Positions 52,076-63,229 of a stretch of 64,000 bases of DNA are shown in pieces. Position numbers and translations under genes: made by a program. The stretch's first letter is position 1. Each line of letters starts with the position of its first letter. The notes under the pieces are model-generated. The model was not told where the DNA came from, searched no databases, and saw only the letters and a program-made list of their open reading frames with translations. This DNA comes from an uncultured Acidobacteriota bacterium (lineage in GTDB: Bacteria; Acidobacteriota; Thermoanaerobaculia; Multivoradales; UBA5704): positions 1,728,001-1,792,000 of the forward strand of contig OY969474.1 in assembly GCA_963700145.1 (NCBI GenBank). Direction: 5' to 3'.

Positions 52076-55000
52076 CTAGACATCCAGACAGATTGCAGGC
52101 ACTGGCGTGAGCGGCGATGTGCGAAGAACTCGGACTTGTCCGAGGTCTTTGCCCAACGGATCCATGAAGGGTGATTCAGGTTCGGGAAGTAGCTCGACGG
52201 CGAGCACGCTGAGAGGTGAGTTGAGCGGCAGCCCGAAGGCTTCGAGCCACGCCTCGACCTGGTCCTGATCCCAGTAGCCGAACCCGTGCGGCTCGAAGCC
52301 GGAGCGGCCGCGGAAGGCGAGGTCGGGAAACGCCGCGCGAGTGCGGCCGATCAGAATATTGCGCCAGTCGCTCGCGTCGGCGAGGCGTACTTGCACATAG
52401 AGCAGGACCCACAGGTCGGAGGTGGGCGGCTCGGCCCGCAGGATCTGTCCGCCGGCAACGGGAGTGGCATACGGCGCGCTCACCCGAATGTGCTCAGCGG
52501 TGCGGGAGACGCTGCACGTCAGGACCGGAGCCGGGTGATGCACTCCGGTGACGCGCTGGGGCCGACCGAAGCGCGCCTGGGCGGTGGACCACCCTTCGGC
52601 ATGGCCCACACGAAGCTCGTAGACGAAAAATCCGAAGAGCTCGGGCGAGGCTTCCGACAGCGCCGGCGGCAGCGGGAGAAGAAAATGCCGGATCGGTCCC
52701 TCGCCTTCGGCAGGTATAAGGCGCTGCATGGCTTCCAGCCCCGATGAATCCTCCGGCTGGCCGGGGATAATCGAGCGGATGGGCTCGGGATCGACGTTGA
52801 GCGGTGGCTCGAGCGGGCCGGGCGGCGGCGCGGGCTCTCCCCGGATCAGCATGGGGTCGGCGGAGTGCATCGCCACGCGAGCGAAGTACGCATCGCGCGG
52901 ATCGGCCACCGGGTCGGCGAATTCGATCCACAGCATCCGACGCCGCGGCTCGGTCCTGGAGTAGTTCTCGTCACGCTCGTAGGGAGAGAGCGCGATCCCG
53001 GCGGACACGATCCGCGGTACCTGGACAGGTGGGGCCGCCATGGGCAGACGGACCGTAGCGGCCCACTCGGGTGCAGGCAGTCGCGGCGGCTCGCGGAACT
53101 GCGGGACGACCATGTAGGTCACCTCGAGCTCACCGGGAAACTCGCCCGGGACGGGCTTGGGGTCGATCGCGTCGAAGAAGACGAGGTCGGTGTGGGATCG
53201 GTCGAGCGCGACTCCCCGGCGCACCGCCGTCTCGCTGAGCGCCTTGCGCGGCGAGATGATGCCGACCCGCTCGCCGGCTCCGCCGCCGATGCTGCGGAAG
53301 ACTTGCAGGCCCTCGTCGGTGAGCGCGTCCCAGGTCCAGTCGCGGGTGAGCCGCAGGGGGACCGCCATCAGCCACTGGGACGTGATCTCCGTTTCGCTGG
53401 CGAACGTGATGGTGGAGTGGTCTGGGGAGAGGATGTGTGCCACGGCTGCCGACGCCCCGAAGACCACTCGCCGGCCGGCTTCCGCGCTCAGGGTCAGCGC
53501 GCGGCTCTCCAGGCGAAGCCGGCGCGCGAGCCGCTGGATGGAGCTCTCGGGGGCCTGGTCGCGGGTACCTGCGACGGCGTTCTTGTCGTGGAGGTGGGCG
53601 TCGTGTGCCGGGCTGGGCTGGAGGAAGATCCCCTGAAACGGCGCGCCCGGCACTTCCTGAAAGAGCCCGCTCTCATCCGCCGATGCACGCCGCTGCGGGA
53701 CGGTGCTGCGCGTGCCCACGCGCGCGGCGTGCTTACCGAAGTAGACGAGCTTCGGATCGTTCCGATCGAGAGCGACGGGGTCGATGGTCGCGGCTGCCGC
53801 GGGATCGGCGAGGGCGGGCGCCATCCCGGGATCCCGGCGCGCCACCGGGGTGAAGGTCAGATCGAGGGTGCGAGCCGTCGGGACTTTGAGGGGGCCGGCG
53901 GCCGCGGGAGCCAGGAAGGCGGCGAGGTCGTTTACGTCCTCGAACTCGAGCGTGAGCTCCAGGGGTTGCTCGGGGTCGTCGTCGAACTCGCGGAACGTGG
54001 AAAAAAGCTGGTGCCGCGGCTCGGGTCCCGGATCGTTCCCCGGATCGAACTCGAGGCTTGCGACCGACACGTCGATGCGCACGCGGGTGACGTCGGGGTC
54101 GGGGAAGCCCGCCGGACGGCCTTCCGCGGCGGCCGCGGCGGCGTCGGCGAGCACGCGTGCCTCGGCGTTCGGGAGCGGTGTGTAGACCAGCGCCGGATAT
54201 CCGAGCCTCGGCCGTCCAACGGACAGGGTCAGTGTTCCATCCGGGTTCTCGACGGGCTCGGTCACTCTCGCCGAACCGGGCGGGACGAAGCGGCGAAAGC
54301 GGCCCGTCGCGATTGCCGAAGGCGGTTCGTTCTCCGCGTCGGGCCCCGGGCCGCCGCCGGTGATGTCCGTCAGCCGAACCCTGAACTGGTACGACCCGCC
54401 GTAGCGCAGCGGAACGGAGCGCTCGCCCACGGGGTTCAGGACCCGTGGGGGCGCGGCGACGTTCGCGACCTTGAAGGCGGACGCGTCGGCTGCGATCAGC
54501 GACGAGCCGGTCCACTGCGTAAAGTACGGCGGTAGCCAGTACTCGCCGTCGCGCCTCCCCTGCAGCTGCGACGGCGCCAGCTCGATGGCCATCTCGCCGT
54601 CGAACCTGCCGAGGTCGAGGTCGCCGAGCTGGAGGGGCCCCTGCATGCGCACGAGGGAGGCCCAGAGTCCCGGACCCTCGGCCTCCCGGACGTCGACACG
54701 GAACCCTCGCACTCCGAGAGGTGTGTCGCGCGCGGCGGGGGAGCCGTTGCGGGGGTCGTCGGTCAGCTGGCGGTTCAGCCAGATGACGATCTGCTCGTCG
54801 TCCCAGCCGAGCTTCAGACCGACCTCCTCGTAGGGACGCGGCCGGCGCTCCTGCTGCCGCGACAGGTTCAGGTAGTCGGCGCGGTCGGGCTGGAAAGTAT
54901 GCACGAGGCGGGCGAAGCCGTCCGAATAAAGGTCGGCTTCGCGCAGCAACTCGTCGAACGAGCCCGCGGACGGCACGGACGCGACAGGGAACAGGACGGG

Positions 55001-55723
55001 AGCGAAGACGGGTGCCGGAACAGCTTGCCACAAGCCCGGGATGCGGGCGGCATAGAGCTTCAGGAAGTCGGGCGCCGCGGCGGTCGTGGAGTAGTCGCTG
55101 GTGTCGTCCAACGTCACGTACACCCAGCCGCCGTCCTCGTAGAATCCGTCGTCCGGCTTCACGGACGCGACGTAGACGAGGCCGAGCTGCTCAGCGAGCA
55201 CGGGCTGGCGGATCGCCGCCGCGAGGGCGGCATCCCATTTCGGCGGTACCGGGGCCCTGGGCGGACGCTTGTCCGGACGCGGCCCGTCGACCAGCGCGCA
55301 GACGTACCGGTTGTCGGTGACGGCGAACTCCGTGCGCGGGCGGGCGAAGCCGGACGCCTCGAGATAGCTGGGCATCAGCATCTTGAGGAACCGGGTCTTC
55401 GTGGGCGGGACGTACGCGGAAGGCGCTGCGGAGTCCACGCCGAGTTGGGCCGCGAGCTCGGTGTAGGCCTCCCCGATGCGCGGCGGAGTGCCGGCGTCCA
55501 GAAGGATGCGGGCCGTGACGTCGTCGGGGCGGGGAAGCCGGTCGAGGCCGGGGATCAGGCGGGCGGAGAGTGCGAGCCGCGCCTGCGCGAACGGCTTCAG
55601 CCCGGCATCGAGGGGCTGCAGCGGATTCCCGAACGGCGCTACCAAGATGCGGAGCAGGATCTCAGTTCCGTCCCAGCCCTGGGGAAAGACGCAGATGCGG
55701 AGCCGGGTGTCAGTGATTGCCAT
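52076..55723 (-). CDS. Large hypothetical protein (1215 aa)
   Basis: Long ORF with GGAG RBS; protein-like composition; motif PLRYGGSYQFRVRLTDITGGG; no recognisable catalytic signature or signal peptide. Confidence 0.85.
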   Translation of the reverse strand: MAITDTRLRICVFPQGWDGTEILLRILVAPFGNPLQPLDAGLKPFAQARLALSARLIPGLDRLPRPDDVTARILLDAGTPPRIGEAYTELAAQLGVDSAAPSAYVPPTKTRFLKMLMPSYLEASGFARPRTEFAVTDNRYVCALVDGPRPDKRPPRAPVPPKWDAALAAAIRQPVLAEQLGLVYVASVKPDDGFYEDGGWVYVTLDDTSDYSTTAAAPDFLKLYAARIPGLWQAVPAPVFAPVLFPVASVPSAGSFDELLREADLYSDGFARLVHTFQPDRADYLNLSRQQERRPRPYEEVGLKLGWDDEQIVIWLNRQLTDDPRNGSPAARDTPLGVRGFRVDVREAEGPGLWASLVRMQGPLQLGDLDLGRFDGEMAIELAPSQLQGRRDGEYWLPPYFTQWTGSSLIAADASAFKVANVAAPPRVLNPVGERSVPLRYGGSYQFRVRLTDITGGGPGPDAENEPPSAIATGRFRRFVPPGSARVTEPVENPDGTLTLSVGRPRLGYPALVYTPLPNAEARVLADAAAAAAEGRPAGFPDPDVTRVRIDVSVASLEFDPGNDPGPEPRHQLFSTFREFDDDPEQPLELTLEFEDVNDLAAFLAPAAAGPLKVPTARTLDLTFTPVARRDPGMAPALADPAAAATIDPVALDRNDPKLVYFGKHAARVGTRSTVPQRRASADESGLFQEVPGAPFQGIFLQPSPAHDAHLHDKNAVAGTRDQAPESSIQRLARRLRLESRALTLSAEAGRRVVFGASAAVAHILSPDHSTITFASETEITSQWLMAVPLRLTRDWTWDALTDEGLQVFRSIGGGAGERVGIISPRKALSETAVRRGVALDRSHTDLVFFDAIDPKPVPGEFPGELEVTYMVVPQFREPPRLPAPEWAATVRLPMAAPPVQVPRIVSAGIALSPYERDENYSRTEPRRRMLWIEFADPVADPRDAYFARVAMHSADPMLIRGEPAPPPGPLEPPLNVDPEPIRSIIPGQPEDSSGLEAMQRLIPAEGEGPIRHFLLPLPPALSEASPELFGFFVYELRVGHAEGWSTAQARFGRPQRVTGVHHPAPVLTCSVSRTAEHIRVSAPYATPVAGGQILRAEPPTSDLWVLLYVQVRLADASDWRNILIGRTRAAFPDLAFRGRSGFEPHGFGYWDQDQVEAWLEAFGLPLNSPLSVLAVELLPEPESPFMDPLGKDLGQVRVLRTSPLTPVPAICLDV

Positions 55724-55737
55724 GGGAGGCTCCGGGT

Positions 55738-58700
55738 CTACGGCAGCATGGTAGTCGCGACGAAGGCCGCGATGGCGATCCGCTCGTCCACGTCGAACTC
55801 GAATTCGAAGGTCTTGCTAAGAACCCAGCCGAGGGTGACGTCGATCGCCAGAGTGCCCTCGCCCTTGCAATGATATTCCTCGTGCGTCTCAATGAGCGCG
55901 ATCAGTTCGAAGGAGACCGCGATGGCGGCGAGGCCCTTCACCAGCTCGCCTTCGACCTCCCACTCGCTGGCCCCGCCCAGCTCCACCTTTTTCGTGCCGA
56001 GGAGATGCCGAAACCCCAGGGCATACGACCGGCGGCCGGTCAGGGTGATCACCCCGAGCTCGATCTCGATGGCGCCCGCCACCCCCACGAAGGTGGAGAG
56101 CTTGGTCGCTCCTTCCTCTTCCCCGCCGACCTCGAACTTGAGCACGCCTCCGGCGAACGCCTTTACCGCCTTCGTGATCTCCGCCACCTCCACCATGATT
56201 TTCGCGTCGGCTTCGAAGACGAAGTGCCAGCCGCGCAGCGCCGCCTTGCTGGTTCCCTTCGTGCTGACCAGGGAGTGCTCGGAGATTACCTTTCCGATCT
56301 CCTTCGCGTTCGAGCTTTCCCTCCCCCAGCGGCCGAGTAGTTCCAGATCCAGCATCACTCCGAAGCCGTTCTTGAGGGTCTCTTCAACGGCATCGAAGCC
56401 GTATTTCGGAAAAACGTACTTCCAGCCGCTCTTGAAGCCGTACGTTTCATTCGTCACCGCGATGTCGAGCGGGAACGGAACTCCAAACGCGGTAAGCATT
56501 TGTACGATGCTCTGCACGGGGCCAAGCGGCCCGCCGAAGACCATCTGCGGATCGACCAGTCGCGGGGCTTCCTCCGAGCTGCTCGACACGTCCCCGACGA
56601 CGCGGACGAGGTCGTCGAGATCATCGATGTCGGCGATCGTGGAAACGGGACCGTACGTACACGACCAGTCCGGACGCTGCTCGGAATCAATGATGAGCCG
56701 GATCGTGGAACCGGGAAGGAAGCCCGAGCGCACGCGCAACGCAGCGCCCTGGTGGAGCGTGCGGTCGAGGGGCCCCACCTTGAACGAGGCGGGGGCCAGT
56801 CCGGACTGAGCGGGGATTTGGAGCCGCACCTTTCGGTGTCCCGTGATCCGCAGGACGGACCCCGCGGGGAGGGGGTGGCACTGTTCGGGCCGGGGGAAGA
56901 AGGCGACGCCGCCGGCGAGCGCGTACATGTCCGCGAAGAGGAGCGTCGATCCACCGTGGATGGTGGCATCGCCCCATCGGATCTGTGGCTGCGGGATGAG
57001 CATTCGCTGGGCGCCAGCAGAGAACAGGAGTCCGTATTCCGAGTGCGGGTTGGCCGTACGATACAGCTCGTTCGGATCGGCAAAGCGATACGGGGGAACC
57101 ACGCCCCCAACCGGGTTGGCCCGGATGAGCGGAATGGGACGATTCGCGTCCAAGCGGTGCGGCTCCGGCTCGGACGGACCGCGGTGGGTGAACGTCCACT
57201 GCCCGGCGCCGGCCAGCTCGGCACTGCCGCGTGCCGCGGCAACGAACTGCGGGTTGCCCGCGAGGGTGGCCGTGCGGTCTACCTCTACGCGGGAAAGGCG
57301 CATGTGCAGCCCCGACTGCGCGACGTTCAGCGCGCAGTCGATGGGCCCGCCGACCGGTCCCGTCGTGGCCAGCAGGTCGTCGAGTCGTTCGGCGCTCAGC
57401 GGCGTGATGTTCCCCTTCGTATCGACGGGCAGGACCTGCACGTATCCGACGATGTCGCCGGCGGGAACCAGGCGCTCGTCGTTTGCGCCCAGCGTGACGC
57501 CTTCGACTTCGACGTCGGCATCGAACACGACCTGAACCAGCCTGACCGTTTCGGTAGGCGAGTAGACGCGCTCATAAACGTTGGTGGTGTCGCGGATGCG
57601 GCGGATGTTGGTCAGCCGCGGCACGACACCGGCGTGGACGACGACGCCGGGTCCCAGCCTGTAGTCGCCGTCGCTCGCAGGCTGCCAGCCGCTGTCGCGG
57701 CGGAACACGCCGCCGCTCCCGGTACGCTCCATGGTGATGGTGCGCACCACGATCACGCCCCAAGGGTACAGCCTGGAGCGAACCTGCACGACCTCGCGGG
57801 CGGTGCGGCCGACGAGGGCCTCGAACTTCACCTGTACGACCCCGGTTGCCTTGTCGTCGGTACGCCGCCAGTCGCTGAAAGTGGAAGCCCCGTAGCCGGT
57901 GAAGTCGATGCGCTGCACCGGGACCATCTTCATCTTGTCGGCGAAGGTTTCGTTGAAGGTCACGTCGACCTCCCCGCCCTCCAGCACGTTGCGCCCGGTG
58001 GTGCCGTTGTTCGTCTGGACCGTGGCGCCGGGAAGGCCGGGCGGAGGCCCTCCGAGCGTCTTGAAGACGTGCGTCTGCGCGTGCAGCGCGAGCTGCTGCC
58101 CTCCGCTCAGTCCGGAGGCCGGGAAGTCGGGGCGCACGCTCTCGAAGTGCGGCGAGACTAGGACCGGCAGGTTGGGGTCGAACGCACGCCGGCGCAGCTC
58201 CGCGACGGCCACCATCCCGAAGGGCAGGGTGAAGCGGGCCGCCAGCGTCAGGTCGGTCCGGCGGTCGTACTCCGCGAGCAGTGTATCGATGACGGGAAGC
58301 GGCGCAACCGGCACCAGTGTGGCCGCGGGCATCGCGAAGCGGGCCGGGCCCCCATCCGTGGGTGAGACCAGCTTGGCCGGGAAAGGCAGAGTGCCTTCGG
58401 CGGGGAGGTCGTAGACGGGCTCCCACTGGAAGGCGGGGAGCGTGAAAGCGGAAACGTTGCGGGTGGGCGCGGTGAGCTCCATTCCGCGCAGTTGCAGCGC
58501 CTCTCCAGACACCGGCTCCACGCCCCGCACCCCGGGACTGTAGCCGACGCCGAAGAGGTCGGCCCGGGAAGAGACATCCAGTAGACGGAAGAGCTCCGGC
58601 CCCTGACCCGTCGCGCGAGGGAAGCGGGCTTCCACCTCGGGCAGCGGACGGGGCAGCGTTACAACCTTGAAGGTGGACGCCTGTTCGCGCTCGATGGGGT

Positions 58701-60568
58701 CCTCGTCGATTCGCAGGAAGCTTGGCGGGAGCGCCGCGCCGGCGCCCAGCTCGAACGAGAGCTCCGGGTTCGCGGGCGTGGTCCACCGCACGCGCCCGGC
58801 AAGTTCATGGGTCGGCTGGAAGAACGCGGGATTGAACTCGCGGCGGGGTGGCTGTCGCGTCGTGTTGGCCGCGTATGGGTCGGGCAGCGAGGGAAGCAGG
58901 AAGCCCAGAGCGAAGCGGAGCGCCAGGGTGCCGCGGTCGACCTGGTGCTGCGTGTCGAGCACGCCGTTCAGCCGCAGTGCCAAGGCGGCGGACGTGCGTA
59001 CGAACGCGTTCGACAGCGCGAAGGAGACGCCCGGCTGCGGCCTGTGCGCGCCGGTGACCGGGTCCCGCGGCGGATCCGCCGGAGCAGCGAGGGAAATGCG
59101 CGTGACGTCGGCGAGCCGCTGCAGGTCGAGAGTAGCGCGCCGCGAGGAGAAGGGTACCCGTTCGCCCGCGGCAGTCACCGGCCGATCAAGCTGGGTGCTG
59201 CATTCCAGCGTCGAGAGGGTAAGCGCCTCGGCTCCTCCGCCAGCCGTCGTCGCATCGAAGCGGAGCAGCAGCGGATCGCTGGCCTGAAGCTCGATCTGCG
59301 ACCGGCCGCGGGTGCCGTTGTCCCACAGGTCGAGCATCCGGCGATAGCGCGCCGGGGCGGAGCTCGCGAGCACGGACAGGTGGCCGGGCTCGGCGAGCAG
59401 GAACGCGGAATCGAGCCGGAGGGGCTTGCTGGACTCCGCCGCCGGCTCCAGGATCACGCGGAGTCCTTTTGCCAGGGATAGGCCCAGGGCGCCGGCACCT
59501 GCGGCTTCGCCAAGGTTGAACGGGTCTCCGCTCGTGGGGACGGCGACGGGCAGTGCCCAGGCAGCCTCCTGGATCGCCGCTTCACCAGAAGGGCGAAAGA
59601 GCTTGGAGCTCGCCTCGTCGATGGAGATAGCGTCCCGGTTCGCCGACATGGGGCACCAGAGATGGGCGAGACGGCTGTCGTAGCGAAGAGCCGCGCCGTC
59701 CAGGTTCCGCAGGCGCATCCGGTTGCCATAGATCTCGAGCGTGGCGCGGGCGAGCTGGACGAGCCGTCCGCCGGTGCCGACGCTGAGCGTGAACGTCGCC
59801 TGCTCGGGAAGGTCGGCGCTCACCTTGAGCGCGTCGCCGCTATGGCGTGAGCGCGAGGGCCGGTCAGGCCGGTCGAGCTGCAGCTGCAGGGTCGCCACGA
59901 TGCCGGGAGCTACCCGGATTGTGTTCCCGTGAATGAAGACCGAGTGGCTGAGCGTAAGCGTTCCCCCGCGGACACGAAGGCCGGCAAACGATCCAGCGGG
60001 CGAGGCCGAGTCGAAGAGCGCTGCCGCAAGCCAGACGCTGCCAGCGGGAATGCTCAGGACGGTCGCACCGGGATCGGCCGGACCGGCAGGGAGCGTGGCT
60101 CGCGGGAAGCTGATCAGCGGGCGCTCGGTCTGGGCGTCGATCAGGAGCACGGGCGCTGCGGTACGGCGAACGTCGAACCAGACGAGACCGCCATCTGCAG
60201 ATTCGAACGGTCCGAGGGACGACTCCGGGGACCAGCCACAGGCCCACGCGGGCACCGACTGTCGGACATGAGCGGCTAGAAGCCGGCCAGGCGCGCCGGA
60301 AGATGCGAAGGGAAGGGTCGCGCTGTGCTGGGATGGCATCGTGGGCGATGCGGCGGAGGTCGTGGACGATTTGTGGCGGAAGGGTCTCGATGATTGTGGG
60401 CACAGAGGTTGGGCTGGACGGATCCTCCATGGGTTCGGATTGGCTATTGAGCAGTGCTTCCGCGAGTAGACGGCGAGCTTGATCGAGTGCCGCGGGCGGA
60501 GTGCCTTCGGCGGGGGAAAGAAACCCGGTCAGTTCGGCCAGCCGCGAGACAAGACGTGTCTCATCCAT
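55738..60568 (-). CDS. Large hypothetical beta-rich protein (~1600 aa), apparently frameshifted near 60283
   Basis: ATG 60568 has a GGAGGAGG RBS; that frame reads well to RIFRRAWP, then skipping one base joins LLAAHVRQSVPAW of ORF 55738..60339. Confidence 0.75.
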
Positions 60569-60599
60569 GGCCTACCTCCTCCACAATGTGCGAATTGGC

Positions 60600-62189
60600 T
60601 CACGGCATGGTCGACGGCCGCCGCGGCATCAGGGGCTTGTAGGCCAGGAGCCACAGCCCGGCGTAGTCGCGCATCAGGCGCATCTGGAGGAGCTGGAGCT
60701 CGCGGCCGTCTTCGATGGCGGCGCTGGTCAGGGCCTCGGCGAGGAGGTGGTGGAAGCGCCACATGAACTCGTTGGCGGCGCTGGCGGCCTGGCGGGCGCG
60801 GTCGAAGATCGGCGCGTCGCCCGTCACCGAGGTCTCGTCGAGGATGTCGGTGATCTCCTGCGCCTCCTCGTTGAGCAGGATGCGCAGCGCCGCGGCCTCG
60901 CAGAGGAAGAGCTCGAGGTCGCGGTCGCACAGCTCCTTGCTGTGCAGGCGCCGGCAGGCCACCACCTCGCGGGGCTCGATACGCAGCGGGAAGATCGACG
61001 GCTTCAAGACCAGGACCTCCGGCCGCTGCTCGGGGTCCTCGTCGAGCAGCACCGCGACCAGCCGCTGGAACGGCTCGGCCAGCAGCTCCTGGTAGCGGCT
61101 GGGCCGCGCCGCCATCATCACCTCGCCGGTGTCGACCTCGGCGCGGCGGATGGCGCCGGTCAGGGTCAGGGTCTTCGCCGCCTCCTCCTCGGCGCCGCGC
61201 CCCGAATCCATCGCCGCCGTCAGGCGCGGCACGAGGGACCGCACCCACTGGCGGATCTGCGCCAGGTGGTCGAGCCGCACGTCGTCGCGCTGCAGCTCCT
61301 GCTCGAAGCGCTCGACGTCCTGGCGGAACTGCATCAGCTCCTGGTCGAGCTGCACGTCCACCGGCACCTCGCGCTCCAGCTCGAAGACCCGCTGGTACTC
61401 GTCGACGATGCGCTGCTCTTCCTGCTTGTAGAGCTTCTGCACCCGCCCCTTGAAGACGAGGTTGGTCTCCAGCACCGCCACCAGCAGCTCGGGCTCGAAG
61501 AAGAGGACGCCGAGCCCGTGCTTGATGTCGCGGTAGCGGCGGATCAGGCCGCGGTCGTTGAGCTGGTCGAGGTCCTCGACCGCCAGCGCCTCCTGGCGCA
61601 CCGCCTCGATCGCCTCGTGGCGCTGCCGCACCTCCTCGACCGAGTGCGAGCCGGCGCCGGCCAGGGCCCAGAGGCCGCGGTAGATCTCGCCCAGGTGCTT
61701 GCGGTCGCGCAGAGCCAGCCGCCCGCTGCGCTCGTCCTCCTCGCCGGAGAGGCGGGTCAAGAGGAAGTCGACCTTGTCGAGCCGGTCGGGGGGCCAGTCG
61801 GCGGGGTGGGCGTAGAGGTAGAACTTGACGAGCTGGGTGAGGATCTTCTCGTCGTACTGCTTGACCCGCTGGAAGAACTGCCGCAGGGCCTGGGGAGGGA
61901 GTCTGTTATCCTCCGCGGCCAGCGCCGCGACGAGGGTGCCGAGGCGCGACTCGATGGCGTCGAGGCGGGTGCGCACGCGCTCGCTCTCGGCGGCGGAGAG
62001 CTTCTCCGAGACCTCCTTCAGCTCGCTGTACAGGCTCTGGAAGTCGGCCGCGAGGTCGGTGGCCGTGCCGTAGATGGCGCTCTTGGCGAGGCTCTGCAGG
62101 AACTGGTGGAAGGTCCAGGCCGAGCGGAAGAGGTGGGAGAGGTCGGCGTAGCGGCGGTGGAGTGCCGAGAGCTCCTGGACAGTGCTCAT
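60600..62189 (-). CDS. Hypothetical alpha-helical protein (529 aa)
   Basis: GGAGG RBS, GC-biased third positions like the housekeeping genes, E/L/R-rich helical sequence; no motif recognised. Confidence 0.85.
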   Translation of the reverse strand: MSTVQELSALHRRYADLSHLFRSAWTFHQFLQSLAKSAIYGTATDLAADFQSLYSELKEVSEKLSAAESERVRTRLDAIESRLGTLVAALAAEDNRLPPQALRQFFQRVKQYDEKILTQLVKFYLYAHPADWPPDRLDKVDFLLTRLSGEEDERSGRLALRDRKHLGEIYRGLWALAGAGSHSVEEVRQRHEAIEAVRQEALAVEDLDQLNDRGLIRRYRDIKHGLGVLFFEPELLVAVLETNLVFKGRVQKLYKQEEQRIVDEYQRVFELEREVPVDVQLDQELMQFRQDVERFEQELQRDDVRLDHLAQIRQWVRSLVPRLTAAMDSGRGAEEEAAKTLTLTGAIRRAEVDTGEVMMAARPSRYQELLAEPFQRLVAVLLDEDPEQRPEVLVLKPSIFPLRIEPREVVACRRLHSKELCDRDLELFLCEAAALRILLNEEAQEITDILDETSVTGDAPIFDRARQAASAANEFMWRFHHLLAEALTSAAIEDGRELQLLQMRLMRDYAGLWLLAYKPLMPRRPSTMP

Positions 62190-62253
62190 CGCGACGGGTC
62201 CTCCGGGACCTGCCAGAGAGACAAAGCGAATGATCTACGCGAGAGTCTAGCCG

Positions 62254-62844
62254 ATGGCGAGCGGCAAGGGCAGAGGACGGGTGCGGGAGCTGGTGAGCCA
62301 GGAGGCGATCGAGCGGCGCGTGGCGGAGATCGCGGCGCAGCTCGACGCCGACTACGGGCCGCTGGTCTCCGAGGCCGAGCCGCTGGTGGCGATCGGCGTG
62401 CTCAAGGGGTCGGTCTTCTTCCTCGTCGATCTCTTGAAGCGGGTCAAGGTGCCGGTCTCGTTCGACTTCTTCCAGACCTCCAGCTATGGCAGCCGCATGG
62501 TGCGCGGCGAGGTGCACATCCGCAAGGACGTGGACCTCTCGATCCGCGGCCGCCACGTGCTGCTGGTCGAGGACATCGTCGACACCGGCTACACGCTGCG
62601 CACGATCGTCGACCTGCTGCGCTTCCGCGGCGCCGCCAGCGTCAAGCTCTGCGCCCTGCTCGACAAGCAGGCGGCGCGCGAGATCGAGGTCCAGATCGAC
62701 TACCGTGGCTTCGAGATCGACCCCCTCTTCGTCGTCGGCTACGGGCTCGACTTCGACGAGCGCTTCCGCAACCTGCCCTACATCGGCGTCTGGGAGCCGG
62801 CCGCAGGCCGGCAAGACGAGGCGCCGGCGCCGGAAGGAGCCTGA
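62254..62844 (+). CDS. hpt: Hypoxanthine phosphoribosyltransferase
   Basis: GVLKGS, SSYG, VLLVEDIVDTGYTL, FVVGYGLD, RNLPYIG. Confidence 0.96.
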   Translation: MASGKGRGRVRELVSQEAIERRVAEIAAQLDADYGPLVSEAEPLVAIGVLKGSVFFLVDLLKRVKVPVSFDFFQTSSYGSRMVRGEVHIRKDVDLSIRGRHVLLVEDIVDTGYTLRTIVDLLRFRGAASVKLCALLDKQAAREIEVQIDYRGFEIDPLFVVGYGLDFDERFRNLPYIGVWEPAAGRQDEAPAPEGA

Positions 62845-62848
62845 GGCG

Positions 62849-63229
62849 ATGGACTTCCACCACAGCGACGGCGCGCCCAAGGCGATCGGCCCCTACTCGC
62901 AGGCCGTGTCGGCCGACGGCTGGCTCTTCACCTCCGGGCAGATCGCCCTCGACCCGATGAGCGGCGAGATCGTCGCGGGAGGCTTCGAGGCGCAGGCGCG
63001 GCGCGTGCTCGAGAACCTGCGCGCCGTGCTCGCGAGCGCCGGCTGCGGCTTCGGCGACGTGGTGCGGGCGACGGTCTACGTCGTCGACCTCGCCGACTTC
63101 CCCAAGCTCAACGCCCTCTACGGTGAGGCGATGGGCGACCACCGCCCGGCGCGCTCGACCGTGCAGGTCGCGGCGCTGCCCAAGGGGGCGCTGGTCGAGA
63201 TCGACTTCGTGGCGCGCATCCCCGGCTAG
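62849..63229 (+). CDS. ridA: RidA/YjgF family enamine/imine deaminase
   Basis: APKAIGPYSQAV, FTSGQI, RPARSTVQVAALPKGALVEID; ATG at 62849. Confidence 0.93.
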   Translation: MDFHHSDGAPKAIGPYSQAVSADGWLFTSGQIALDPMSGEIVAGGFEAQARRVLENLRAVLASAGCGFGDVVRATVYVVDLADFPKLNALYGEAMGDHRPARSTVQVAALPKGALVEIDFVARIPG

